Source: Obrimoposthia wandeli (Eukaryota). Taken from it: a DNA stretch of 64,000 nt. The DNA is taken from contig CDROCS010005166.1 of the NCBI GenBank assembly GCA_977020255.1, positions 1-64,000 of the forward strand, in the 5' to 3' direction. This document shows, piece by piece, positions 39,701-53,115 of this stretch. The position numbers and the translations under genes are program-made. Numbering within the stretch: position 1 is the first letter of the stretch; each line of letters begins with the position of its first letter. The notes under the pieces were generated by a model. It did no database searches and was not told where the DNA came from. It was given only the letters and a program-made list of their open reading frames with translations.

Positions 39701-40200
39701 TACAATAAACGCAACATTGAAGAGTAAAATGCTCAGAAACACTTGTCCCATACTAGCCAATTAAATACTAATAAAACTATTTGCATTTGATATAACAGAA
39801 ACCTTAAGGAGATATTCCGTTTCAAAGTGCACTTTACCATTAGTATTTTTCCTAAAATATGAGATATATTTTCTAAATTTTCATTATATAGATTTCTAAA
39901 TAGACGAGCAAACAATCTATAATACTCAAGAGATTTAGACTATAATTTTATTGAAATACATTTTGAAACATCAACCTTAAATATGACGAAATTTTCAATC
40001 AAAATCTATAACTAATTATTTTAAAAACCTAGAATCAACATTTCCAAATGTTACAACTATTTTGTGCTGTTACAAATTGTAGAAATTTTCATTATATGAT
40101 CTTTTTCTCTACTTATTTAAACATTTAGCCAATTCTAATAAAACTATTTGCATTTGATATAACAGAAACCTTAAGGATATTTGATATATTCTAAATCGAT
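36770..40200. repeat. Tandem satellite, unit about 196 bp, about 14-16 intact to corrupted copies
   Basis: atgctcagaaacacttgtcccatactagc recurs at 36795, 36991 and 37187, then irregularly to about 39900. Confidence 0.92.
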
Positions 40201-40609
40201 TTCTAAATCATCTTTTAAATACAGAAAATACAATTAAAAACTTCGCAGAAAAGAAATGCTAGAAAGAAGCACATTTAAGATGAATTCCAATAATATGTAA
40301 ATGGATTTGTATTGGTTTTTCTGTTATATTTTGTTTTAAAAATGAATATTCTATTTGTTTTATCATTAATTTGACCAAAGATTTAATATATTTTTTGTGT
40401 GGGCAGATATTTCATCATATAGATCTGATACAATATAAAAAATTCAACCCAAGTCTCTCTCTGTTAGTTTTATTTTGAATTTTATCCAAAAGTCAATAGA
40501 GGAGACGTTTTAAAGAATAATATAAATTCACAAATATTTTTGCGAATTCTGGTTTAGCCCTCACAATTGAGGATTTCATTTTAGATACAATTTCATATAT
40601 ATTTTTCGG

Positions 40610-41997
40610 CGATCGTTCCGTGATAAGAAGAAGAGACCTGTGGCAGTACAACAATAACAACGCAATTCAAGACAATATTGATCATTATTTTAGTGACAGC
40701 ACAAAAAGTTCACCATCGTGCAACCTGGAATCCGAAGACAACAACAATGGGTACTTCACGAGAAGCAAATCAACGGACGACAGAGGACAACCTCATAGTA
40801 ATCGAATCGATATTGAACAAGACCACATGGCAAGGCCACAAGACCCGGCATTGGGTAAAATACTCCAGCTATTGCATGGCATGGACATGTACTGACGTTT
40901 ACCGGATAATACTCCTGCTCCTACAGTATTACCTGAACACTTTGAGGCAGGACCCATCAAGCTACAAATGTTACAAGAGGATGCTCGCAGATAAAGACAA
41001 ACGTTCTCTGCACGAGGCAGAAGGCCTGTATAAGCTCAGCGAGCATATAGCACCTCCAGTGACGGACGGTTTCCAAGTCGTGGTTACAACACGCACCGAG
41101 GCCGTGGACGCCCAGCGGTTGTTAAAGGAGCTGGCCTCCCATAGCGACGAGGCCTATTTGCGATGGTAACGGAACTATTTGTTTATCACAATAATGTCGG
41201 CGAACGTTTAGAACAACGTACCACGACCACAATTGAGCGTGATCACAATCGAAGAGTTCATTCGCAGCCCCCAGAGTGCACATCCGTATGTAACTCAAGT
41301 CTCGCCAGTCAGCAATGCAGAAACAGATGGTTCGCAATCAACACAACCTGCGTACTTCAATGATTCTAGTGGTTGGAAAGCTTTCCACAGGAACAAAAGA
41401 AATGTACACAAGAAACCGGATCAACCGTCGCTGCTTGAAGCCTATAGGCGTAACCTACTATTGGGAAACTTCACAGTGCCGGAAGATGACGGAGACAGCG
41501 TCGATCTCGGCGCCTGGTTACATGCTTTAGCCACGCTTGGTTTTGCAAACTACGTAGCCCAAGTCTTGGAATGGCCATATGCGATTAATTATCTACACAC
41601 TGATCTCCGGTGTAGTTGTTTCCTCTTCCTACAGAATCAGGCTCATACATGGCAATGGGACGAGTTACAGGACAACAAGGTATGGGCTACAGACGCCACC
41701 CAGTTTTCAGTGGCAGTAGTGCAGTTGCGACCTACGTGACACATACACATGACGCTCAAGATTCCTGAAAGAAATATTTACATACAAGAAGCCAACCAAA
41801 GCCTCATTTGGACCTCAAAGACCAAGAGGATTCCGAGTGCCATGAGTGAGTGGTGGATCGTGATAGCGCTGCAGATCTTGGTAACTATCAAATGGATAAA
41901 AATACAATACATTATGTCAGAGCGGAATCCTGCAGACAAGCCAGAACCGGAAGAGGATTCGACTCAGGCCTTTCAGGCGATGATATATGATATTTAA
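40610..41997 (+). mobile_element. Degraded reverse-transcribing element: one reading frame (stops at 41167, 41209 and 41737) ending in a hepadnavirus/HEART-like RNase H
   Basis: ORFs 40678, 41233 and 41749 share one frame; motifs WATDAT, RNIYIQE and YIMSERNPADKP; LATLGFA thumb-like block. Confidence 0.65.
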
Positions 41998-42009
41998 AAC
42001 TAGCAGAGA

Positions 42010-42594
42010 GATTCTGGCATCTCTATGTATTTTGCCATATGTTATATAATAAACTCCCACCAATCACATCACGCCTGGAATTGTTGTTGGTAGGCTGAGA
42101 GTGATATGACGGTAAGGAGCGACGGTTGATCCGGTTTTTTGGCCACATCTCTTTTGTTACTGAGGAAAGCTTTACAACCACTCGAATCATTGAAGTATGC
42201 AGGTTTTGGTTGATTGGGAACCATCTGTTTCTGCATTACTGACTGGCGAGACTTGAGTTACATACGGTTGTGCACTCTGGGGGCTGTGAATGAACTCTTC
42301 GATTGTGATCACGCTCAATTGTGGTCGTGGTACGTTGTTGTAAACGTCCACCGACATTATTGTGATAAACAAATAGTCCCGCTACCATCGCAAATAGGCC
42401 GCAAACGTCAAGCGTCCACTGCCTCGGTGCGTGTTGTAACCACGACTTGGAAACCGTCCCCTGTCACGGGAGGTGCTAGCACGTCGGGCTTTGTACTTGC
42501 TGATCTCATCGGCTGATAAATCGTTGATGCGTACCAATTTGGAGACTTTGGCCTCTGCAGCCGTCCACCCCACTCTCGAATATAGAAAATTCAA
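42010..42594 (-). mobile_element. Inverted, diverged partial copy of the same RT element
   Basis: Reverse complement of about 42118-42484 aligns to about 41051-41432; continues with YRHITL (RT motif A-like). Confidence 0.85.
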
Positions 42595-45500
42595 TTGGAG
42601 TGTTTATTCGTATTTCAGAAAAACATACTTATTTTAAACAAGATCCCGAAATGATTCCTGATTTTAATTTTCCTACGAACTTGTGAACTTCGGATTTGAA
42701 ACGATATATACAATGATCTGCAAAAGAAATCAAACAAGATCCTTTACATCGTAATGGTTTATTTTCTATTACATTCGATATCGCTGCGGAAAAAGTACCA
42801 AAATTACCTTAATTTATTAAAAAATATACTTTGTAAACGTTGGTAGACAAAAATTTAACCGAACTTCCGAAACCAAAGAAACATTTTGGTTTTTTAAAAT
42901 AAATATAAAGTGTCTAATTTCTTATGATTTCTACTATTTCTTTCTCTCATTCTTTTTCCTCACTCATTAGTAGAATAAACAATCTAATATAACTTATGTA
43001 TATTTTAAGGGATCATCATGTACCAAATCATATAAAAGTACAACTTAAATGTAACTTAATAAAACTTAAAAGGAAAATATTTGACTTAGGTAACGAATTC
43101 TTAGATAAGAATAATAATAATAATAAGCAAATTTAGTTGATTTAATATATGTAACTTATCTGAAAATAATTTTTTTAAATTATAAATTTAAAACGGAATC
43201 AAATCATAATTTTTGAAAGTGCAAATAGAAATACGACCTTAAAATTGTTCAGTTAACATTTGTAAAAATTAATGTGATTGTAATGGCTTATTCGACGAGT
43301 TACAAGGACAAGTTAAGTCGATTACAAGCGAAAAACCAATTTATCAGTGGCGACTGATAGTTCAGCACGATTCACTATCAACTGAAGGCTACCATATTTC
43401 TTCAGTACCTACTTACAATTTAACGGGTGCCTTAGATTCTCAGGTACCGACAAAAATATTTACGAAGTATAAAATTTTCTTTACGACTAACCTTTATGCA
43501 TTTGAGCAGGTTTCACACACTAAAATATATCAATAATGTAAATCAATTCAATTACGATTATAGAACTGATAAACTATCATTGTGCTGAAAGCAATAAAAT
43601 TGTAAATGCAAATCATCTGAATGACACAAACAAAGGTCAGGGTGTAAGGGTTGATAGCAAGATATGTAATGTAGATAAATCGTATAGAAAACATGGACGT
43701 TGAGTTGGAATTATGTAGTCACCGTTATCAATTCGTTGCATCTGAAAAGTTTTCTTATATTGCAGTGTAGTCCTCAGCTTTTCCAGACAGAGTATGAGAC
43801 TTCACTCGATTTTGTTGATCTATGCGTATTCAATTCGATTTTCGTACCTCAATTCAAAAAACGTCTAATAGCTTTATAAGGAAATATTGAAAGACTTTTA
43901 TAAATAAAATATAGTGACGTTCGAAAATATATATATTTTTTAATATAGAGTTTAATTTTAAGTTCTAATAACAACTAAAGTACATGTCAAAATAATTTTC
44001 AAGAAAACATCATGTTATATCAATTATCAGACATTGTCAATAAATATAATCTTAAATTGAATCAAAAAATAATCTTTCAATAATTTTAGAAATGGCTTTT
44101 GATGGCGTTTACATGTTATGAACAATATATGAACAATATATATGTATGAAAAGTAAACTATTTAGTTCAAAAGGATTTTTATAGATTAGATTACAGATTT
44201 AATATTATTTGAAAATATATTCAAAGTTTAATATTAAATTAATAATGTTTGCTAATATATAATATATATTATTTATAATAAAACGTTGTTTTAACTGCTT
44301 ATTTGTATCTCAATATTTGTTTAAAAAAATAATTAAATTATACAAATAATTTTGATTAACAATAGTTACATTTTTATACTAAATATTTTAAATATATGTC
44401 AACTTTCATAAATTTAAATAAAATAATATTCATATGATAACTGATATTTTTGTATTAATTTTAATATGACCCATTTCACATCAAAAAAGTTGTCAGTGAA
44501 AACTCGACTCCTGAGTGGATATAAATTCTGAATTTAAATATTCAATTTAATTTTAAGATCACAATTTTCAAGTGGATATATTTATGAGTGTATATATTTA
44601 TGGTAATAGAAAAGATTAGTCTAAACTTTTACCCGGATAATTTTGAAAACATTATTAAAGGTTTATGAACTTTTTAAAAATATTAAAAAGATAAGCTAGT
44701 TTTATCAAATCCACAAATAATGATAAGTCATTAATTGTGAAAAGTTATTTTTATTAATAAAAAAATGATTGAGTCAGGCTTTAGCCCTAGTGACAAAGTC
44801 ACGTTAATTTACCCTAATTTTAAGGAATCAAGATATATTAATGAATATGCCTTAAAATTAAAACAATTTAAAATTCAAAATTTTAAAAATGATCTTATTT
44901 TCTTACCTGATAAAATTATTCGTTATAAAACGAATTTTAAGAAATGATAAAAACCTGATGTTGGAATGAAATATACAAATTATGTATTTACAACTATTTC
45001 AGGAATAGATGGAAATGTTGTTGCTAGTATAGTTTCAGCAGGAATTGTAGGTGTTACTTTGCCTGCAAATTAGTACTGCTTTGACTCCTTTGGCTAGTAA
45101 ATATCTGCAACAACTTTTAGTCCTTAGTTTGTTTAAGAAGAAGGAAAAAAGAATTAATTCACACACTTGAAGAGAGAAAAAATAAATTATTTTTATTTCA
45201 TCAACATAACTTGAAAGATAATGAATTGAATGACGAAGAAATAAAATTGTCTAAAGAAATTGTTGATGAGGTCAAAATTAAGATCAGAAAAAAAGTGAAA
45301 AAGGCGTGATAGTCTAAAATGTAATATGGATTTTTTTATTGTAGAAAATTCAGGGTTTAGAGCAAAAAAGCTAAGACAAAACATGTCTCATTTAAGAGAC
45401 AACAAAAATGTTAAGAGTTGAATTAGATTTTATTTAAATATTAATGATTTTATAAAAATTAAATAATAGATGAAGCATCAAAAATATTAGTATGGCATTC

Positions 45501-45993
45501 TAATGGGTAAATCATCTGATGTCAAGAAACACAAGTGCTTCAAGTAATTGTTCTTTATCCATATTATCAAAATTTTCTACAATTTTTATTCTTGCCAATT
45601 ATTGTAATTATTCAATATTTCTATAAGTATCAAGTTTTCCAACAATTGACATTTTTTCAAATTTGTCATTAAAAATATCGTTTTTCTTTTGACATTTTCG
45701 GCAATAAAGGGTTGTATTGAAAAATTGTGATTCAGCACTATAATAATATTTTTAATGTTTATTTTTTTTGCATTGAGGGCATTTGACTTTTATTTGACTT
45801 AATTTAATTTGTTTGCAATCTATTCACACTACTTAGAATCAAATGTTTTGTTTACTTCATTTATAATTTGTTGAATATCAACCTGAAAAGTATACTTAAA
45901 AATACTTTCATTTTAAGACGGATAACTCATAAAAGTTTCTGAATTAGAAATGGTATTCATATTAATATTATTATTCATTATTTATTTGTAGTA

Positions 45994-47051
45994 CCCTGTT
46001 TTCGCGCTACTAGCCGCGACTTTTTAGAGCAAAAAGGTTATTAAAAAAGGCTTATTAAAGGGGTGTGGCTTATATAGTATTATATCTTATTTTCTCGCAC
46101 TGCACTTCATGACAATAAAACTACTTTTTACAGAAAAATAAAAATTACTATGTAAATTTAAATTCATTTTTACAATTCGTTGATATCATTAACATAAAAA
46201 TGAGAAATAACTTAATATTATCTTCAAATTCTTTTGGTTTGTCATCTTCAAAACCTTCAATAAGTATTCCAGATAATTTTTCTCTGACATCGTTGTTATC
46301 GTCAGAAGAGTCATAATCTTTTCATGAATTTAAATACCCAATTGACTGAGCTCTTGAAATTATCAATATTCATCGTTCTGGTCAGTTTTCGAGCTTCTAT
46401 CAAAATTCGATAACCAGTAATTTGAATTGTCTTGGATCGTTGCTCAATTCCAAATTCCAATATAGGCCGCTTGCAGACTCTAAATCGATGTAGAGATCTT
46501 CTGCTAGTGCTTGTAGTTTGTAAAATGTTATCTTCATTTTTTCTCCAACGTCTTACCATGGATTCATCAACACGAAAATGTTTAGCAGCTTCTCTGTTTG
46601 AAGAATTTTTCGCGAATTCTATGGCTGCTATTTTATGGGAAAGAGAATATGTTTTTCTCGACTTTCAACTTGCCATTCTAGCGGTAGACAGTTTTCTAAA
46701 TTTAGTCAAAAAAATGATTATGAATATTTATATATAAATAATTCTTATCCAAAAACTATAAAAAACGTATTTTTCTCAAAAATTGTTCGTTATATAAAAA
46801 TTTGTTTTATAATATTTAACATCCAATATTTAAACTATCAAAAGGTTTATTAATTTAAATCTATAGACAAATTCATAATTAAAATAAATTAAATTAAAAA
46901 CTTAAACAAAAACATGAAAATAAATAATAATTTTACTTGATAATAAGCCGCGGCTTGTTGACATGGTGCGGCTTATTATATGGAATATAAAAGTTTTGGC
47001 AATGAAAACACTCTTAATTAACGTGGAGCGGCTAGTAGCGCAAAAACAGGG
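45994..47051 (-). mobile_element. Non-autonomous pogo (POGK-like, Brinker DBD plus CENP-B HTH) element with TIRs and TA target duplication
   Basis: TA|CCCTGTTTTCGCGCTACTAGCCGC ... GCGGCTAGTAGCGCAAAAACAGGG|TA; DESMVRRWRK..KSSVNWVFKFMKR. Confidence 0.9.
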
Positions 47052-47329
47052 TAATATTCTTATTTTTTAAAACTTTATTTTTCTTGTTCAATATCCAAAT
47101 TGGATAAGTTATTACATTTACATTTTCAAAATATTTTATGTCTCTTATGGAAATTAAAATCGTACATTTTAGTTTGTTGAATTGTTTCTATTTTATTGAA
47201 ATTATTTTTGTTGGTTGCTGTCAGTTTAAATTTCATAAGATTCATTTGTACCTTGATAATATAGATTATGTGAAGTGTTCAAAACTAATTTTACTTTTTT
47301 ATTTAAGTTTATCTGTTTCTAAATATTTA

Positions 47330-48750
47330 GTAAGAAAAGTTACCTGAGATCTTTCCATTATTTAATTTATAATGATAATCTTTTGGAGCTGGGCATATAA
47401 TGTCAACACCATGATCTGGTGCAACTACATATGTAAATTGTCCTAAATTAGCACCTAACATTTTTCTAAATTTTTCTAAATGGTTAACAATGGTCATGTT
47501 CACATTCTTTATTATCACATGATCTGTGTAACTCAGGAATCAGTATCTGTTATCATAACATTTTCTTGTAGTATTTCTAATCATTCATAAAGTCTCAATC
47601 TTGCATGAGTTGTTGTAAATAAAGCAATATAAATATTTGTTGCTCTAATAGGTTACTTCCAAGCTTCTTTTAGTCTATATTTTATCATCCAAACTTATTC
47701 ATTTAAAATTATAGGACTAATATATTTATATTTATTGTTATACATATATTCACATATTTGATCATAAAATGATCATGTCCCCATAAAGAATTTAGACAAA
47801 TTTTAGCAATAATAAGATAAGATAAGTTAAGAAGGAAGACAAGTTTTAGCTATAAATCTAAGACCTGCATTATATTTCATTTTATTGATATCTAAATTAT
47901 AAGCATTTTGCTTCTGCAAATATTATTTTTGTTTCACAATTATTGTCATTTTTATAAACAGGAGAACATAAGTTTTCTTTACATTTACAGTGTGAAGTTT
48001 CTAATTTATATTTCATAAATAAGGGTACATATTTATCAAATAGGCCTTTCTTAGCTTTATCAAAATGAGGAATATCGTATATGTCTAAAGGTCAATATCC
48101 TTTTATTAAGAGCTTTATTTGTTCAATTGTTGGCCATGTACCTGTTATTGTTCTTTCATTGTCATTATAATTACATAATTCATTTTTATAATTACAACAA
48201 GTATCACAAGTTTTATAGCATGATTACAGTTAGTTCTGTTTTTTATACATATAGGATATTTACTTTTTGTGTGATTTTTATATTGTTCAAAGGGGCAATA
48301 ATTATTCATTTTTAAATTAATACATTTACTAGATAATTTATGCATACATTCTTTAAATAGGCCAAATAATAATTTTGGGCAGAATCCATTTCATGTTTAT
48401 AACTTTAAACAGGATGAAAAAAAATTCTTGGAGACAATACTTTGCATTTTATCACACCAAAATAATTTTTGTATTTTGAATATATTCTTCAGGTTCAACA
48501 TTTAATAATATATTAGGATAGTCAATAGGATATTCATCATATTTATTTCCAGTTGGATATAATGATACAAAATCAACATATCTAAATGTTGGCTTAATTT
48601 TAATATGGTCAATTTCTATTCCTTTCTCATTATTTTGGATCCAATATAATTGCATTGGCTTAGATCTTCCTCCATAAAAGGCATCTTTTGATTTTAGTCT
48701 AATTAACGTTGAGTCAATTATAAAATCATTATTTGTCATTATTTATTTAT
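47330..48750 (-). pseudogene. Polinton/Maverick protein-primed DNA polymerase B remnant
   Basis: DAFYGGRS, YVDFVSLYPT.NKYDEYP, IYIALFTTTHARLRLYE..TDTDS, LGANLGQFT..PKDYHYKL. Confidence 0.88.
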
Positions 48751-51299
48751 AATATTGACATTTCGATAATTCAATATATTGAACATTTTGACATTCATCA
48801 ATGTAAAATTTTATAATATTATTCTTTTTTCTTTAATGTTTTTTATATAATTTGTCCATTGTTTTATAAAAAAAAATTAAAATCGGCAGAATTAAAATCA
48901 ACAAATTTGGATCAGTCTAACCAGAAAGTAACAATAAATTAATTGAAATACACATTTTGTAAATCCTCGTAAACAATTACTGAACGAAACAGTTATTAAC
49001 AGTTACTATTATGGACAGTCGGGCTCCTAACATAATTCAGGTAAGTCAACATATTAAAATTATTTTATTTTAGATTAATTGCATTGTAATACCACATCAT
49101 TTTTTTATAACTATTCACTGTACAAATAATATTGTTTTAATCTCGAACATTTAAACTAACCTGCTGCTTAGAATAAAATCACTGTCAAGTTACTATTCTT
49201 GTCCTTAAGAACTTTAAGAACTCAGGCAGATTTCCTTAAGAAGTGAAATAACTCTGGTGCCAACAAATTCAATTTTAAGATATGTCTGAATACATGCTAT
49301 TAATGGATGCTTTAGAAAAGGTACTTTTATATTAAATTAATAAATTGTTTGTATATAGAAATCGACAAATTTACTCACTGTTAAATTATAATTACATAAT
49401 TTTCATTTGCGAAAACTTTCCGCTCTGGATTTTTTCGCCCATTCATTTGATTATTATATGTTTATGAAATTTTCGTGTAGCTAATACATTTTTTTGTCCA
49501 CTTATTCATCTAAAGTTCATCTGTTTTCTGAGATTTGTATCCTTTTTTAGAGTATAAGTGAAAACATTGAAATATTTTGCCTAGATCTCCATTTTTATCC
49601 ATAACATATTTACAAAGAACAATAGAAAGGGGTGAAATGTTGACATGCATATTTATATAATTTCGATCCAGTACAATCTTCATAAATTTTCGTTATTTGC
49701 TATGTTGAAATGTTCATTGCACTTTATTATTAAAATAAAAAACGCCTTTTTTCTGAACACTGTATAAAATATACCTGCTGAAATTAGTAAACGAAAAAGC
49801 AAAGCAAAATAAATACATATGTCAATCTTCCATTGTTATTCTGAACGTCACTATACACACAAACAATTGTAAACACACGTTAATGACTGCCATTGAAAAA
49901 AAAAGAATGAGTTCACATTACCTACACTTTAGTATAAACATTAAATTTTTGTTATATTTTTATGGATATCTGCTTTATTCTATATTGACTTCTATTGATA
50001 TTTTTGAACGAAGCAAAGAATCAAACAAACAACTGCAACTTGATTGAGGCATTAAATGTATTTAGTATTTTAATTAAAAATAACCAGGTAAATATGTACT
50101 CTATTGGCGATCAAAATATAATCAGTTGCCTTTCGATTTTGAAGTGGATATGATGTGTGGAAGTGCTAGCTAGAAGTTGGAATGTCCAAATTCTTGGTCA
50201 TGTCGAATTTTTATTGAAATATTTTCAAATGCTCTTAATGCATTTTGTTGAAACGTTTCGAAAATACCAAGAACATCCGTTATAATAAGGAATATCAAAC
50301 ATAACTGTATTGAGTAAATAGATAAGAATCCGTTGTTGTACATATATGTCATTATAGAGAAAATCAAACATACCACATTGTCAGAATTCGCCAGCATAGA
50401 TATTACCTAAAGATCCGTATATCAGTAAACCACAATTTACCCAATTTATTGCGTCTTAGTTTTTTGAAATGGTTTTATCTATTTCATATTCCATACTTTA
50501 TGTTTTTAATACGTTTTTTGTTGGAAAACTCTATCGGATTTTTATTTATTATAACTCCAGGACACCCATAGCTCTTATCATCCTTATTTCGTACATTTAT
50601 TTTTACTATTACTTCATTGCTTTTGTCTTTCAATCTTAAATTTAATGAATCTCTGATCTCTGAAATGTGAGACTGGCACTGTCAAGCATTGAGCCTGACA
50701 TAAAAACACTGGTTTCGAAGATGCAAATTCAAAACTCTCATTAATTAAATACTTTTTTAAGTAATAATAATACAATTAAATATATCAATTTTTTCCATGT
50801 TAAATATTGTATTTTATTAATTAAAGTAATTGAAATAAATTCATTTAATTTTTGTACATGTACATAAAATAATTTCGGACCGCAAGCCCACAAGTAAAAT
50901 TGTGTGGGACCAATAATGGAAAATTTTAGAAAAGGTTGAGAACTACTGTCCTAAATTGTCTTTCAACTTGTCCGTTATTTCAATGAATATAATAATTTAA
51001 TTTTAAATTTATTTGCTAGCTCTTTCATTGAATTTTATTCTAATGATTTCCTTTGTTTCACAATGTATTTCTTTCGGAGCTCCACTTTTTAAAATCTAAA
51101 TGTTTACAATTTGTTTTGTTGTTTTTACAGTTTGATCAACTACATTCAGAACTATGTACTTTTTGCATTTATCAACTATAGCAAATGAGTATTGTTTTTC
51201 ATTATATGTTGTTTTCAATGGTCAACAAAAAGATACAAAAGATATAAATTCACTAAAAGTCTGTAATTTGAAGCTTCTTTAGTTGATTTTTTGTTCTTG

Positions 51300-51870
51300 T
51301 TGTTACTACGTTTCGTTTCTGACATTGTTTCGCAACATTTTATTATACTTTTGATTAATTTTGATTTTTATATAAAGTTAAAATCTATGGTAAATGTATT
51401 TATTTACTTTACTCCAACCTGCGCGAAATAAAATTTTGTGGACATTAATAACTCTATCACAGTTTCTTTTGATATGGGATTAATATGTGATTAATATGTG
51501 ATTAATATGTGATTAATATGTGATTCATCATTTTATATTCGTCTTCTACCACTATAATTTCTTTTAATTTTCTTATTTTTTCAGAATGTTTTTCCCATTC
51601 TAGGGAAATGTCTTTAATATCAAGTGAAAAAACTTTTTTTCAGGTTTCCCATATTTGATTTCTCACGTAGTTTTACATTGAACACAAGTTCTATATTTAT
51701 TTCTAGAAAGTGCATCAGCATTTGAGTTGTTGTCGCCTTTTCTGTACTCTAAAACTATATTAAGGTTACTTAGATGATTGCATCACATTTGAAATGAAGG
51801 TGTGACTCGCCTTAAAGTTCACTTATGAAAGGTATGACTATGTGGTCCGTTCGAAGGTTAAATCCATTGC
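51300..51870 (-). mobile_element. Gypsy pol fragment (RNase H end and integrase start)
   Basis: FNLRTDH..LEYRKGDNNSNADALSR. Confidence 0.7.
51476..51525. repeat. 11-bp tandem repeat (gattaatatgt) x4
   Basis: direct inspection. Confidence 0.9.
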
Positions 51871-52254
51871 AATATAGAAAATGTTAAAAAAATAATTAAA
51901 AATTACTATTTGATAACCCTTAATCATCTATTTGAGATAATACAGCATGAATTCTGTCAAAGTGTGTATCTGTTGAGAATGATTTTAGAATAATTGAGAG
52001 TTTTTATAAAAGAATTTTATGAAAATATTAAGTTTGGAAATATTAGAGTTCGTTAACAAACAATTAGAAAAAATATTAATTAAGAATTGATTAACTAATG
52101 CACTTTGGCATTTTGATTTTTTATAGATAAGGTTTTCTGTTTCAGTCCCCGACCGGCTTCACTGGTTTTGCCCTACCGGGCTCATCGGGGAGATGGCAGT
52201 TTATCTCTGGCTACGCGGTAGGCAAAATGAAAAATATATTATTTTTATCATTAT

Positions 52255-53115
52255 AATGAACCACTTTTTATGACGATGAATCCTCTTTGCCAGAATTCTT
52301 AAATATATACGATTAATTTGCTCAGGCATTTGAATAGACTGGTCCAGAGAAACATAGAGTTTTTCTAACATACGTAAAAAACACTACCCTAATTATTTAT
52401 AGAGGATTAAAAGATCCGCTAAAAGACACATGGGAACATTTAGTGCAACATTTTCAAAATATGGTTTTAGGAGAGCAGTCAAACCAGTATTACTAAAATC
52501 AACCAGAACAATATATAGGAGAACCCACAAAGATTTTCGCAGTTGATTTACGACAACTAGCACTAAATTATTTCCCGAAATAGAAGAAGCCCAAAGAGAA
52601 TGATTACTCGTACACTAATTCTTACATGGATTAAATAAAAAAATCATAGAACACCCAACACTACTGGAGGTAGATAAATTTCAAAAAGCTATAGACAAAG
52701 CTCAACTAGTAGAAGCAAGACTAAATATGTTACAGCAAACCGAGGTTTCGGCATTATCTTCTGAAAAAATACAGCGACCACAAATAACACCAAACTACAA
52801 CCAAACTCAAAGTTTTAACCCTAACACACAATATACTTTTCACGATTTCCAGCAATTCCGACCACCAACAAATAAATTTTACAGACACTAGACAAATAGA
52901 AATTCCTAAAACTCACAATTTACACAAAGATCTTTTAAGAAAGATAATAATACAATACCAAAAAATAATAATTTCATTAATCAAAATAGATGTTTTAATA
53001 ACATTACGAAATTTTGTAAAATATCTAATACGAAAAATCATAACACCGACGACTGTGGAAAATTAAACACAGTGATGAATCAATTTAATAACACAACAAT
53101 AAAACAACAACCATA
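52255..53115 (+). pseudogene. LTR-retrotransposon (Gypsy-like) gag remnant
   Basis: TWEHLVQHF..Q..GEPTKIFAVDLRQLA..FLHGL pattern, N/Q-rich linker and HNTDDC knuckle-like end; many stops. Confidence 0.6.

Noticed and set aside
36770-40200. Regular repeats as a possible CRISPR-like array
   Set aside because: Whole units repeat with no unique spacers, there are no cas genes, and the context is eukaryotic: ordinary satellite.
40610-42000. Densovirus NS1 interpretation of the 41-kb ORFs
   Set aside because: No HUH or SF3 helicase Walker motifs; the RNase H motifs fit better.
44765-45400. Short ORFs and a hydrophobic-then-basic segment reminiscent of Polinton accessory genes
   Set aside because: Too degraded to assign; only its proximity to pPolB supports it.
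50170-50397. 75-aa hydrophobic ORF
   Set aside because: No recognisable family or linked exons; insufficient support.
52135-52200. GC-rich structured patch upstream of gag resembling a hammerhead ribozyme or primer-binding site
   Set aside because: The reverse strand has GAAAC but lacks an intact CUGANGA core, and no tRNA 3'-end match could be confirmed.
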